A stretch of 64,000 bases of DNA from Candidatus Uhrbacteria bacterium (GTDB lineage Bacteria > Patescibacteriota > Patescibacteriia > UBA9934 > GWF2-40-263): assembly GCA_037131775.1 (NCBI GenBank), contig JBAXQK010000001.1:12708-76707 (forward strand), read 5' to 3'. The translations under genes and the position numbers were made by a program. Shown here one piece after another: positions 1 through 9,718 of this stretch. The notes below the pieces were generated by a model. The model saw only the letters and a program-made list of their open reading frames with translations. It did not search any database and was not told where the DNA came from. How positions within the stretch are numbered: the stretch's first letter is position 1; each line of letters opens with the position of its first letter.

Positions 1-63
1 CCCGGCGGCGACGATCACCGCGGCCGTTACGAGCCCGTAGGCGACCTTCGTCTTCGTGGACAT
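1..63 (-). CDS. 5' part of a membrane/secreted protein running off the window edge
   Basis: ATG at 63, 7 nt after the stop of the upstream gene; translates MSTKTKVAYGLVTAAVIVAAG (basic N-terminus plus hydrophobic helix). Confidence 0.55.
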   Translation of the reverse strand, partial: MSTKTKVAYGLVTAAVIVAAG

Positions 64-70
64 GGCGACA

Positions 71-2032
71 TCAGTCTTGGTTTGCATACGAATCTGGTTC
101 CACAAGTAAATTATCGAATTCGTACATAATGATAGCACCGTCGCCCACCGCATACCAGGCGCCACTTATCCCCCGCGCCCGTTCGTCAAGCCATTCGAAC
201 CCGGGCCAGTAGCGGTAGGTGAGAAAGTAGCCACGGTTGGTTTCCGTGAGCGCCGCGGCGGCACGCATCGTCTCGATCGTTGGCTCGCCGTACGTCATCT
301 GTCCGTAGAGGTCGTAGAGCGCGGCTCCGGTTGGGAGGGGGTACCAGAGGGTCTGGCGTTCGCCGGCGGGAAGGTAGTGCGCGAAGCCGAACTCCCGTAG
401 CGCGGCAGCGGACGTCATTTGATTGGCGAGGACGAAGTAGGGCTGGCCGTCCGCGAGCTCGTCGATGGCATGGACGGCCTCGACATCCGCGGCGCTCACG
501 CTCGGTCCGGAAAGGTCGGACTTAGGATTCGTCTGCGGATAGCTAAAGTAGAGGGAGAGCGACGCCGCGATCGCGACGGGGACGAGGAGGGGCGGGGCGA
601 GCAAAGGACGGCGCGCCGCGACGAATTGCCAGACCGCTTCGCTTCCAACGCCGAGCGTTGGCAGTAGGACAAGCGGAAGGATCTCGACGAGGCGAAGGGC
701 GAACTCGGACTGCTCGTAGGAGATGATATCCTGGAAGACGAACGCGGTGCTCACGAGGAAGATTGAGCCTAGGAGACCGAGGAAAAGTATGGAGACCGTC
801 GACAGATCGGTTTTTCCCGCCGTCGGGCGTGATCCCGCCCGACGGCGAGACGTGCAAACAGCCACGACAATCGTCGCGACGAGAAGGATCGCCGGGAGCC
901 ACTGGTGATAAAGATAAAGGCCGGTCCAGAACGTCGGGACGATTCCTGGAGGGTGGGGGAACGGATCGGCGAAGAGGCCCCAGAAGAAATCGAGGCGTGA
1001 GAACGGGTTGTTGATGACGGTAGAAGCATGAACACGATAGTTGTTCAATGCGAGAAGCGCAGGAACGGATACGGCAAGCAAGACGGTCGCCACGATGTTC
1101 CTCACCGAGTGACGAACATGTCCGTTCGCGATCGAGTACGCCGCGAAGATCGCGGTCGGGACGCCGAGAAGCGGGTGGCAGAGAACGGACCATGCGGCGA
1201 CGATCGCGAGTCCGGCGGCAATGCGGCGGTCGCTGCAGAGCGGGGAGAGGCAGAGGACGAGGATAAATAGGACGACCGTCAGGTTGTACGGAACCGAGAA
1301 GGTGAGAGCTGCGAACGGGGTCACGAGGAACAGATAGATCCATCGTCGCGCCGCCTCGTCGGTCATCCCCCAGCCGTCGCGGAGTCCGGCGATTCCGAGG
1401 ATTGGGATCAGCATCGAGGCGAGCAGCGGGACGAGCCATTTGTCGAGCGCGTCGACGGAAATTCCGAGCAGGCGATGGACGATCGCGACGATTGCGTATT
1501 GTCCCGCGTACAGCGGCGTCTTCGGATCGATGTGACCGGCGGCGGCGAGCGCGGTTTCGGCGGCTCGGTGCACGAACGGATCGAAGCCGAAGCCGATCTT
1601 GAAGATGGTCGTCGCGATCGAGAACGCGGTGAAGAAGTGAAAGAAGGTCGCGACGCGCGAACGGGACAGCATTCCCGAGAAGGTCGTCGCGGCGAAGATG
1701 ACGAAGACCGCCGGGCTGACGACGAGCCATGGGCTCGAGAGCGCGAGGTCTGTACGGGCGTGGAGGCAGGCGATGAGGATGAGCAGGTCTCCCGCGATGG
1801 TCGCGAGAACAAAGAATAGGTCTGGTTTCCCAGGGACTTTAGTCCCGTTCGTCGTTCGACGCGACAAGCCCCACGTCACGACCGCCGCCGCGACAATCCC
1901 AGCGATCTCGACGAACGCGTTCAAATCGAACAGCAAATACCCGATCGTCCATACGATCCCGGCGGTTGAAAGCGCGCAGAGAAACCAAAGTGCCGATCGC
2001 TCGATTGGGTCTTGGAAGACTGGTTTCGGCAT
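71..2032 (-). CDS. Large polytopic membrane protein of unknown function (possibly GT-C-like), 653 aa
   Basis: More than 12 hydrophobic segments plus a soluble C-terminal domain; CTATG start; divergent from the gene at 2062. Confidence 0.75.
   Translation of the reverse strand: MPKPVFQDPIERSALWFLCALSTAGIVWTIGYLLFDLNAFVEIAGIVAAAVVTWGLSRRTTNGTKVPGKPDLFFVLATIAGDLLILIACLHARTDLALSSPWLVVSPAVFVIFAATTFSGMLSRSRVATFFHFFTAFSIATTIFKIGFGFDPFVHRAAETALAAAGHIDPKTPLYAGQYAIVAIVHRLLGISVDALDKWLVPLLASMLIPILGIAGLRDGWGMTDEAARRWIYLFLVTPFAALTFSVPYNLTVVLFILVLCLSPLCSDRRIAAGLAIVAAWSVLCHPLLGVPTAIFAAYSIANGHVRHSVRNIVATVLLAVSVPALLALNNYRVHASTVINNPFSRLDFFWGLFADPFPHPPGIVPTFWTGLYLYHQWLPAILLVATIVVAVCTSRRRAGSRPTAGKTDLSTVSILFLGLLGSIFLVSTAFVFQDIISYEQSEFALRLVEILPLVLLPTLGVGSEAVWQFVAARRPLLAPPLLVPVAIAASLSLYFSYPQTNPKSDLSGPSVSAADVEAVHAIDELADGQPYFVLANQMTSAAALREFGFAHYLPAGERQTLWYPLPTGAALYDLYGQMTYGEPTIETMRAAAALTETNRGYFLTYRYWPGFEWLDERARGISGAWYAVGDGAIIMYEFDNLLVEPDSYANQD
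818..847. repeat. Perfect 12-bp palindrome inside CDS (REP-like)
   Basis: CGCCGTCGGGCG-tgatcc-CGCCCGACGGCG; encodes the hydrophilic loop RRRAGSRPTA between TM helices. Confidence 0.6.
1827..1847. repeat. GGGACTAAAGTCCC-family palindrome, intragenic copy
   Basis: TTCCCAGGGACTTTAGTCCCG is identical to 36827-36847 (intergenic). Confidence 0.85.
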
Positions 2033-2061
2033 AGCGCGTAATTTGCTATGATCCTACCACT

Positions 2062-3069
2062 ATGAATCAGATGAAACCACTGCTCGGCCAGATGCTCCAG
2101 AAAATCGCCCCGCGGATCGGCGCGACGGTCGTGATGGAACCGGAATGGGACATTGCCGGGCAGATCATTTTCGCGAACGGGCGCAAGCGATACTTCCGGT
2201 ATTCGAGCCTAGACCTGAACGGGCTTGGTGCGTCCGACATTGCGAAGGACAAGGATTACGCAAACTTTTTCTTGGCGAGGATGGGATACCCGACCATCGA
2301 GGGCAAGGTATTTTTTTCGCCTGATTTCGGACGCGCGATCGGACGGCCGAAGCAGAACATTGACGCGGCATTTCGGTATGCGACGTCCCTCGGGATGCCG
2401 GTGGTGGTCAAGCCGAACAGCGGGAGCCAGGGGACCGGGGTCGCGTTCGTCCAGACGAAGAAGGAGTTCTACGTGGCTATGCGCCGCGTGTTCAAGACGG
2501 ACCGCGTTGCGCTCGTTCAGCGACCCGTCGCCGGCAAAGATTATCGCGTCGTCGTGCTTGACGACAAAATTATCTCAGCCTATGAGCGCATTGCCTTGAG
2601 CGTCGTCGGCGATGGTCGGGCAAAGGTCGACCGGCTGTTGGCGCGCAAGCAGAAGGCATTCCGGACGTCGGGACGGGACACGTCCATTCGGACGGACGAT
2701 CCGCGCATCACCATCAAGCTGCAACGACAGGGGCTTTCCCGCGATTCAGTTATTGAGACGGGCAGACGGGTGTTTCTGCTCGATAACGCCAACCTGTCCA
2801 CGGGAGGCGACGCGGTGGACGTCACGAAGACGATTCATCCTGAGTTCAAGAAAATCGCTGTACGGATCACGAAGGACATGGGCCTTCGGCTGTGCGGCGT
2901 GGATTTGATGGTAAACGGCGACATTACGCAAAAACCCGCCGATTACCGGGTCATTGAGATCAACTCCGCGCCGGGCCTGGACCACTATGCCAAGGCCGGG
3001 GCGGAACAGGAGAAGATCGTGGAGGAGTTATATTTGGAGGTGCTGAAGAGCATGGCGGTGGCACGTTAG
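2062..3069 (+). CDS. Stand-alone ATP-grasp ligase related to the cyanophycin synthetase/GshAB ATP-grasp domain
   Basis: VVVKPNSGSQGTGV, DYRVVV, VVGDG, NANLSTGGDAVDVT, GVDLM and EINSAPG motifs. Confidence 0.8.
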   Translation: MNQMKPLLGQMLQKIAPRIGATVVMEPEWDIAGQIIFANGRKRYFRYSSLDLNGLGASDIAKDKDYANFFLARMGYPTIEGKVFFSPDFGRAIGRPKQNIDAAFRYATSLGMPVVVKPNSGSQGTGVAFVQTKKEFYVAMRRVFKTDRVALVQRPVAGKDYRVVVLDDKIISAYERIALSVVGDGRAKVDRLLARKQKAFRTSGRDTSIRTDDPRITIKLQRQGLSRDSVIETGRRVFLLDNANLSTGGDAVDVTKTIHPEFKKIAVRITKDMGLRLCGVDLMVNGDITQKPADYRVIEINSAPGLDHYAKAGAEQEKIVEELYLEVLKSMAVAR

Positions 3070-4388
3070 AGCGAGTTTATGTCCTTTTGGTACTGCTTGG
3101 CGCGGGTAATCACCTGGTCGCCGTAGAAGCGGTAGGCGACGTTGGTGGATCCACTGAAGTAATACATGGCCGCGGTCCAGTTGCCGTTTTCCGTGCCGTT
3201 CGCCCCGTCGTGGGTGAGCTTCAGCGCGGCGGCGAGAAACGCGTCGGTGATGTTCCAGGGGTCGGATGCCTTGCCCGTGATCGCGCTGATCTTGCCCGAG
3301 TATCCGATCCACGTGGATGGGATGAACTGTGCCGGGCCCATGGCGCCGCCCCAGCCGATCTGATTGCCCTTCGCATCGTGCATGGGGCAGGAGATGGGCG
3401 TTCCTTCCGTGCTGCGGCCGAGAGCGTTCATAATGCTCTTGAACGGCTCCTGGTCGCGCGTCGGCTTCATGACGACCTTCCAGCCTTTCGCGGGAGGATC
3501 CTGGGGTCGGTTGCATGTGCCCACGTTCGCGCCCAGGTTCGATTCTTGCGTCAAAACGGACAGGAGAAACGCCGGGTCGATTCCGGTGACGCCCGAAACC
3601 CACTTTGCCTTGGTCACGGCCTCGCCAAAGGTGATGTGCACCGATCCGGTATCGAGCAGCTGGTAGATGCGGGTGCGAATCTTCGCGGCCTCGGTCTTCT
3701 GCGTCTTGATGTCAGCCGCGTACGCCCATTCCTTGCCCTTCGATTGGGCGAGCAAACCCTTTTGGTCCTGCTCGTTTTCCACGAGCGCGGTTTCCTGGAG
3801 CGCGTGGATGGAAAGCAGGTTTCGTGCCTCGTCGGCGACGTCCTCCAGCGCCTGGTTCTGCGTTGCGAGATCCTCGTTGACCGTCTTTACCGTCGCGACG
3901 ACCTCGTTGAGCTTGTCGGCGACCTCGACGTATTGCTGGACGACGTTCATCGCGTCGAACACGTTGTCGCTCTTCAGAAATGCGAACAAGGGCGACTGGC
4001 CGTCGGCCATGTTCATGGCGACGAGCAAGTTGGCAAGCTGTCCGCGGAGGCCGTCCCGATGCGCGCTATTCTCGTCGATCTTCTTCCTCGTCTCATTCCG
4101 TCGGTCTTCGGCGTCGCGAATCTGTAGGTCTGCCTCCTCCATCTGGAGCTGAATGATCGACCGGCTCTTCGCGATCTCCGCGATGGCGCTCGCGTACGTT
4201 CTCGTCTTGCCCTGCGCGGCAACGATCTGTTGCTGGTCGCTCGCAATCTCCGCCTCAATTTCCCTGAGCCGCGCCTGGAGGCTTGAAGCCGTGTCCTCCG
4301 CGCGCAGTTCTAACGGCAGACAAAAAGAAGCCAGCAGGCCCAGGGCAATGATCCGCGTGATTTTAGATGTCATGTGCGTCGATCGCAT
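3066..4388 (-). CDS. Secreted coiled-coil protein with C-terminal lytic murein transglycosylase domain
   Basis: Signal peptide, long PcsB-like coiled coil, catalytic QESNLG and GAMGPAQFIPSTW (SLT_2/MltB-like); start may be 4373. Confidence 0.85.
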   Translation of the reverse strand: MRSTHMTSKITRIIALGLLASFCLPLELRAEDTASSLQARLREIEAEIASDQQQIVAAQGKTRTYASAIAEIAKSRSIIQLQMEEADLQIRDAEDRRNETRKKIDENSAHRDGLRGQLANLLVAMNMADGQSPLFAFLKSDNVFDAMNVVQQYVEVADKLNEVVATVKTVNEDLATQNQALEDVADEARNLLSIHALQETALVENEQDQKGLLAQSKGKEWAYAADIKTQKTEAAKIRTRIYQLLDTGSVHITFGEAVTKAKWVSGVTGIDPAFLLSVLTQESNLGANVGTCNRPQDPPAKGWKVVMKPTRDQEPFKSIMNALGRSTEGTPISCPMHDAKGNQIGWGGAMGPAQFIPSTWIGYSGKISAITGKASDPWNITDAFLAAALKLTHDGANGTENGNWTAAMYYFSGSTNVAYRFYGDQVITRAKQYQKDINSL

Positions 4389-4437
4389 GACAGTATGGTA
4401 ACATGTGCGAACTTCCGCATCCAGCGACAATTCTTTT

Positions 4438-6621
4438 ATGAAACAACTCCTCAAAACGCATTTCGGCTACGATGCCTTCCGTCCGCTGCAGGAGGACATC
4501 ATGAACACGGTCCTCGGTAAAAAGGATGCGCTTGTCCTCATGCCAACGGGGGGAGGGAAGTCGTTGTGTTTCCAGCTCCCGGCGCTCATGTTTCCCGGAA
4601 TCACGCTCGTGATCTCCCCGCTCATCGCGCTCATGAAGGACCAGGTCGATTCGCTGACCGCCAACGGCATCTCCGCCGCGTTCATCAACAGCACGCTGAC
4701 GGACGACGAGATGCAGTCCGTCGAGTTCCGCGCGCTGTCCGGCGAGCTGAAGATCCTGTACGTGGCCCCGGAGCGTCTTCCGTCGCCCGCGTTTCGGCGC
4801 CTGCTCGAGCAGCTTACCGTGAGTCTCATCGCCATCGACGAGGCGCACTGTATCTCGGAATGGGGCCACGACTTCCGGCCGGACTACCGCAACCTAAAGG
4901 ATCTCCGGTCTGCATTTCCGTCCGTCCCGGTCATGGCGCTCACGGCGACCGCGACCCCGAGGGTCCGCGATGACATCGTGAGGCAGCTCTCGATGCAGGA
5001 GGCATCCGTGTTCCTCTCGAGTTTCAACCGCCCGAACCTCACGTATTCCGTTGTCCCGAAGTCCAACTCGTTCAGCCAGCTCGTCGACCGCCTTCGCCGT
5101 CTGAACGACCAGCCGGCGATCGTCTACTGCTTTTCGCGCAAGGACACCGAGTCACTCGCCGCCGATCTGACGCACGCCGGGCTCCGCGCCCTGCCGTATC
5201 ACGCGGGCCTTGAGCGCGATCTGCGGCGCGAGACCCAGGAGCGGTTCATCCGCGACGAAGTGCCGATCATCGTGGCGACGATCGCGTTCGGGATGGGAAT
5301 CGACAAGCCCGACGTCCGGCTCGTGGCGCACATGGACCTGCCAAAGACCATCGAGGGGTACTACCAGGAAACGGGCCGCGCCGGACGCGACGGGCTGCCG
5401 AGCGAATGCGTCCTGTTCTACACCTACGGCGACAAGCGCAAGCAGGAATTCTTCATCGCCCAGATCGCGGACGAGGACGAGCGCGAGCTTGCCCAGACCA
5501 AGCTGAACCAGGTGGTCTCGTATTGCGAGTCGGATACCTGTCGGCGACAGATGCTTCTGCGTTACTTCGGCGAACCCTGGGACGATTCCAAGTGCGACGC
5601 GTGCGACAACTGCATCCAGGCTCCCGTCGAATCCCGCGATGCCACCGAGATCTCCCAGAAGATCCTGTCCGCCGTATTGCGCACCGGCGAGGCGTTCGGC
5701 GCGGCGTACGTGATCGACGTACTCCGAGGGTCGCGGAAGGAGCGGATCGTCGAGAATCATCACGACGACCTCCCGGTCCACGGGATCGGACGCGACGTTT
5801 CGGTCGACTCGCTTCGGGAGTGTTTCCGACTGTTGCAAAAGAAAGGCTATTTGGAAAAGACCGAGGGCGACTATCCGACGCTGCGGGTTTCCCGCATGGG
5901 AAAGGCCGCGCTTTCCGCGAGGGAGTCGATCGAGCTCCCCGTCACGATTGCTACGACGACCGCCGCGCCGTCGAGATCCTCCCGTTCGTCGTCGGCTGCC
6001 GCCGGATCCGTTCCATACGACGCGGGTCTGTTCGAGATACTCCGCCGTGAGCGGAAGTCCATTGCCGACGAGCGTCACGTTCCGCCGTTCGTCATCTTCG
6101 GCGACAAGACGCTGCACGAGATGGCATATTATTTCCCACGCTCGACGGACAGCCTGTCGTCCGTGTTCGGCGTGGGCGCAAAGAAGCTAGAAGAGTTCGG
6201 AGACGCATTCCTCGCGTTGATTCGCGAGTATGCCGATGCGAATGATCGTGCGGAACGGAAGCATCCAAAGACCGGGGAGGAACGGACGACCGGATCGTCC
6301 TCGGACGGATCCGCGACGGTCGAGCGACGAGGAGGATCAACCGTTCTCAAGACGAAAGAACTCATCGAGAACAAGCTGACCCTGGCCCAGATCGCCGAAT
6401 CCCGCGGGCTCAGCGAGGGAACGGTCGTGACGCACATCGCCGCGCTGCTCCAGGAGAACGACTCGCTCGACATCGAGCACCTTCGCCCGTCCGACGAACG
6501 CATGTGCGCCATCTCGGACGCGTTCGAAAAAACCGGCGGAGCCTTTCTCTCGCCGGTCAAAACGCTGCTTGGGGACGACTATTCCTACGATGAGATCAAG
6601 CTCGCGCGGCTGTTCTTGTAG
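4438..6621 (+). CDS. recQ: ATP-dependent DNA helicase RecQ with HRDC and C-terminal HTH
   Basis: FGYDAFRPLQ, MPTGGGKSLCFQ, DEAHCISEWGHDFRP, YYQETGRAGRDG, Zn-binding Cys cluster, HRDC VPPFVIFGDKTL. Confidence 0.97.
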   Translation: MKQLLKTHFGYDAFRPLQEDIMNTVLGKKDALVLMPTGGGKSLCFQLPALMFPGITLVISPLIALMKDQVDSLTANGISAAFINSTLTDDEMQSVEFRALSGELKILYVAPERLPSPAFRRLLEQLTVSLIAIDEAHCISEWGHDFRPDYRNLKDLRSAFPSVPVMALTATATPRVRDDIVRQLSMQEASVFLSSFNRPNLTYSVVPKSNSFSQLVDRLRRLNDQPAIVYCFSRKDTESLAADLTHAGLRALPYHAGLERDLRRETQERFIRDEVPIIVATIAFGMGIDKPDVRLVAHMDLPKTIEGYYQETGRAGRDGLPSECVLFYTYGDKRKQEFFIAQIADEDERELAQTKLNQVVSYCESDTCRRQMLLRYFGEPWDDSKCDACDNCIQAPVESRDATEISQKILSAVLRTGEAFGAAYVIDVLRGSRKERIVENHHDDLPVHGIGRDVSVDSLRECFRLLQKKGYLEKTEGDYPTLRVSRMGKAALSARESIELPVTIATTTAAPSRSSRSSSAAAGSVPYDAGLFEILRRERKSIADERHVPPFVIFGDKTLHEMAYYFPRSTDSLSSVFGVGAKKLEEFGDAFLALIREYADANDRAERKHPKTGEERTTGSSSDGSATVERRGGSTVLKTKELIENKLTLAQIAESRGLSEGTVVTHIAALLQENDSLDIEHLRPSDERMCAISDAFEKTGGAFLSPVKTLLGDDYSYDEIKLARLFL

Positions 6622-7411
6622 AGGCCGCGACGCTGGCGACAAGGAAGAACAGGATACTCCAGAGAACGATCGTTCCTCCGCTCGCGAGATCGAGATAGAA
6701 TGACGACACGAGGCCGAGGATCACGGACAGGACGGAGATCCCGATGGCGATCTCCCATGTCTTGCGGAACCCCGTGCGAAACTGCATCGCGCCGAGCACC
6801 GGGATGACCATGAGCGCGCCGATGAGGAGCACGCCGACCACGTTCATCGAGATCGCGATCGTGGCGGCGCCGAGGACGGCCAGGACGCGATTGAGCTTTT
6901 TGACCGAGATGCCGCTCGCCTCGGCCATGTCCTCGTCAAGGGAGACGACGAACAGGGCGCGCCACAGCATCATGGTAATGGCGAACGCAGCGGTTCCGAG
7001 GAGGACGATCGACAGCAGGTCGGCGCGCGTGACGGTGATGATATTTCCAAACAGGTAGTTGACCACGCTCACGTTCTTGCCGTGCGCGAGGCCGAGCAGG
7101 ACGACCGCGACGGCGAGGCCGCCGAACAGGAACAGGGAGACGATGGTGTCCGCGGGGAGCACCTTCTTTTCGCGCATCCGCTCGATGCCGAGGACGGACG
7201 CGACGGAGAACACGAGCGCCGTCGGAATCGCGGCGGTTCCGGCAACGAGGCTCGCGGCGACGCCGGCGAGGGAAATATGGGCCAGCGTGTCGGCCATCGA
7301 CGAGTAGCGGCGGACCACGAAGAACAGGCCGATCGTGGGCGCGACGATGGCGACGACGATGCCGACCATGAGGGCGCGGCGCATGAAGTCGAGAGAGAGA
7401 AGTTCGAGCAT
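6596..7411 (-). CDS. znuB: Zn/Mn ABC transporter permease
   Basis: FMRRAL, MADTLAHISLAG, YLFGNI, VGVLLIGALMVIP; start trimmed to MLELLS. Confidence 0.92.
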   Translation of the reverse strand: MLELLSLDFMRRALMVGIVVAIVAPTIGLFFVVRRYSSMADTLAHISLAGVAASLVAGTAAIPTALVFSVASVLGIERMREKKVLPADTIVSLFLFGGLAVAVVLLGLAHGKNVSVVNYLFGNIITVTRADLLSIVLLGTAAFAITMMLWRALFVVSLDEDMAEASGISVKKLNRVLAVLGAATIAISMNVVGVLLIGALMVIPVLGAMQFRTGFRKTWEIAIGISVLSVILGLVSSFYLDLASGGTIVLWSILFFLVASVAASTRTAARA

Positions 7412-7415
7412 AGGC

Positions 7416-8195
7416 TTATGCGTGATCGTGATGCTGGTGGTGGGAAAGCAGGTCGGCGCGGTCTGGATGGAACAGGTCGCGCAGCTCCTCCTGGCCGATG
7501 TGGCACGCCTTGTCTCCGTGGCACACCAGCTGGTGCTTGAGGCAGATGGCCGAGCGCGCCTCCTTCGAGACCGCGTGGATGTCGTGCGACACGAAGATGA
7601 TCGTGACCCCGCTCTCGTTGATGCGCCGGAGCATGGCGTAGAACGCGTCACGCGACGCCGGGTCGAGCCCGTCCGTCGGCTCGTCGAGGCACAGGATCCT
7701 CGGCTCGCCGGCCATGGCGCGGGCGAGGAGGACCTTCTGGCGCTCTCCGCCGGAAAGCTTGCTGAGCGGGCGCTTCCAAAGGGTCGAGAGTCCCATGTCC
7801 GTCATTGCCTGGCGAATGGCGTCCTCGTCGTGCTCCTTGAACCGTCCGAACAGCCCGAGGTGCGGGATGCGCCCGGATCGAACGACCTCCTCGACGGTGG
7901 CGGGGAACTGCGGGTCGAGATTTCCTCCGCGCTGTGCCACGTACCCGATCTGACGCCGAACGCACGCGTCCGTCGCCGGCCCGCCAAGTACCTCGATGGT
8001 TCCGTGCGTCGGCTGCAGCAATCCAAGCAATAGGCGAAGCAGGGTCGTCTTCCCGCCGCCGTTCGGCCCGATCACGCCGACGTAGTCGCCGGTCTTGATC
8101 TCGAACGAGAAGTTATGGATGATCTCCTCGCCGTTTCGGACGTAAGAGAGCTTGGACGCGCTGACGATCGGTTGTTGCGTAGCTTCTACGGGCAT
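7416..8195 (-). CDS. znuC: Zn/Mn ABC transporter ATPase with His-rich tail
   Basis: GPNGGGKTT, LSGGERQ, LDEP, VSHD, C-terminal SHHQHHDHA. Confidence 0.93.
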   Translation of the reverse strand: MPVEATQQPIVSASKLSYVRNGEEIIHNFSFEIKTGDYVGVIGPNGGGKTTLLRLLLGLLQPTHGTIEVLGGPATDACVRRQIGYVAQRGGNLDPQFPATVEEVVRSGRIPHLGLFGRFKEHDEDAIRQAMTDMGLSTLWKRPLSKLSGGERQKVLLARAMAGEPRILCLDEPTDGLDPASRDAFYAMLRRINESGVTIIFVSHDIHAVSKEARSAICLKHQLVCHGDKACHIGQEELRDLFHPDRADLLSHHQHHDHA

Positions 8196-9127
8196 ACCAT
8201 TCCAGTCTTAAGGTTCTCCAAGTTGGATCGCATGACGCTGAGATAGTCCTCGCCTGCACTTGCTTCTTCCGCGGACAACCCCTCGAGCGGGTTGAACACG
8301 AGCGTCCTCGCTCCAATCTCGCTCGCGATCGTCTCGGAAAGCTTCGGGCTGACCAGAGTCTCAAAGAAGATCGCGCGGACGCCCTTCGCCTTCGCGATCG
8401 CCGCGATCTCGGACAACCGTCCGGCCGACGGCTCCTGCTCGGGAGAGATTCCGGAGATGGAGATCACGTCGAACCCGTAGTGCTTGGCGAGGTAGGCGAA
8501 GGCCGCGTGCGATGTTACGACGGTGTGCTGGTGACACGAGGCGAGTCCGGCCACGAAGTCGGCGTCAAGCGACGAGAGCTGCGCGAGATACGCGTCGGCA
8601 TTCCTCGCGTACGTCGCCGCGTTCTTCGCGTTTATAGTAGACAGTGTATCACGGATGAACGCGACTTCTTTTTCCGCGAGAGCAGGATCGAGCCAGAAGT
8701 GCGGGTCCGTTGGGGCGTCTTCCCCAGGTGAGGATGCGAGAAGATCGACCGCGGATCCCATCTCGACGGCCGGGACGCCCTGTATCTTCAATTCGGGAGC
8801 AATCCGATCCGCCCATGCGTCCACGCCTCCGCCGTTGTAAAGCACCAGGTCCGCCCCATACATCTCTGCCACCTGCCGCGCCGTCGGCTCATAGTCGTGC
8901 GGCTCGGTTCCGGACGGCGTAATCGTCGAGACAGACACGAGGTCCCCGCCAACCTGCCGCGCGAACTCGGCGACGGGATAGAAGCTCGCGACGACCTTAA
9001 TACGGCCGGAGTCCGATGTTGAAGAGGAAATCGTCGTTGACGGATGCCACGACGTCGCCCAGGCCAGGACAATTCCAAGAACCACGGCCGCCGAGAGGGA
9101 AAGCACAAACTTGTTCAATGTCCGCAT
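8186..9127 (-). CDS. znuA: Zn/Mn ABC substrate-binding protein (ZnuA/AdcA family)
   Basis: VVASFYP, EPHDYEP, DPHFWLDP, HAAFAYL, NPLEG. Confidence 0.93.
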   Translation of the reverse strand: MRTLNKFVLSLSAAVVLGIVLAWATSWHPSTTISSSTSDSGRIKVVASFYPVAEFARQVGGDLVSVSTITPSGTEPHDYEPTARQVAEMYGADLVLYNGGGVDAWADRIAPELKIQGVPAVEMGSAVDLLASSPGEDAPTDPHFWLDPALAEKEVAFIRDTLSTINAKNAATYARNADAYLAQLSSLDADFVAGLASCHQHTVVTSHAAFAYLAKHYGFDVISISGISPEQEPSAGRLSEIAAIAKAKGVRAIFFETLVSPKLSETIASEIGARTLVFNPLEGLSAEEASAGEDYLSVMRSNLENLKTGMVCP

Positions 9128-9146
9128 ACGGGAGAATATTCCATTT

Positions 9147-9176
9147 GCGACATTGTATCACCTGTGATACCGTCGC
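9147..9176. promoter_or_regulatory. Inverted repeat between divergent znuA and zur, candidate Zur operator
   Basis: GCGAC-att-GTATCAC-ct-GTGATAC-c-GTCGC in a 64-bp divergent gap. Confidence 0.5.
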
Positions 9177-9191
9177 GTCAACGTGAACGTT

Positions 9192-9626
9192 ATGAAAAAG
9201 CTTGCGAACGTGGAACTCTACAGCGTCCTTTATCGCGCCGGGATGAAGATCACCGGTTCCCGCGTTGAGATTCTCCGAATCCTCTGCGAGCTCGATGCCC
9301 CGGTCGGGGTTCCGGAGCTGTTCGATATCGCCGTGAACCGAAACATCACCTACGCCACCGCCTATCGCACACTCGACGCTTTTGCCACAGCCGGCATCGT
9401 CAGAAAAGTAGATCTTCGCCACGGCCATGTCGATTACGAGCTCGTCAAAGACAAGCACGATCATCACCACATCGTTTGTACCGGCTGTGGAAAGATCGAA
9501 GACTTCGACGGCTGCGAGGTCGAGGCGGTCATCAAGAAGGCCCTAAGGGGAAGCAAAGAGTTCCAAGAGGTGAGTGATCACGCGCTTGAGCTGTTTGGGA
9601 GGTGCAAGGGGTGCGTTTCGTCGTAA
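9192..9626 (+). CDS. zur: Fur-family regulator, probably Zur
   Basis: ATAYRTL helix, HDHHHIVCTGCG, C-terminal CKGC; divergent from znuABC. Confidence 0.85.
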   Translation: MKKLANVELYSVLYRAGMKITGSRVEILRILCELDAPVGVPELFDIAVNRNITYATAYRTLDAFATAGIVRKVDLRHGHVDYELVKDKHDHHHIVCTGCGKIEDFDGCEVEAVIKKALRGSKEFQEVSDHALELFGRCKGCVSS

Positions 9627-9637
9627 TTTATCCACCC

Positions 9638-9666
9638 TTGCAGACTCCCCAATCGCCTGATATACT
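9638..9666 (+). promoter_or_regulatory. Sigma70 promoter of tRNA-Asn
   Basis: TTGCAG-17 nt-TATACT, 18 nt upstream of the tRNA. Confidence 0.75.
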
Positions 9667-9718
9667 CCTCACGCCGTACCAAATTCCGGGGTAGCTCAGC
9701 GGCAGAGCAGTGGACTGT

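Noticed and set aside
9628-9636. TTATCCACC as a DnaA box/origin
   Set aside because: Single imperfect box, with no cluster or unwinding element
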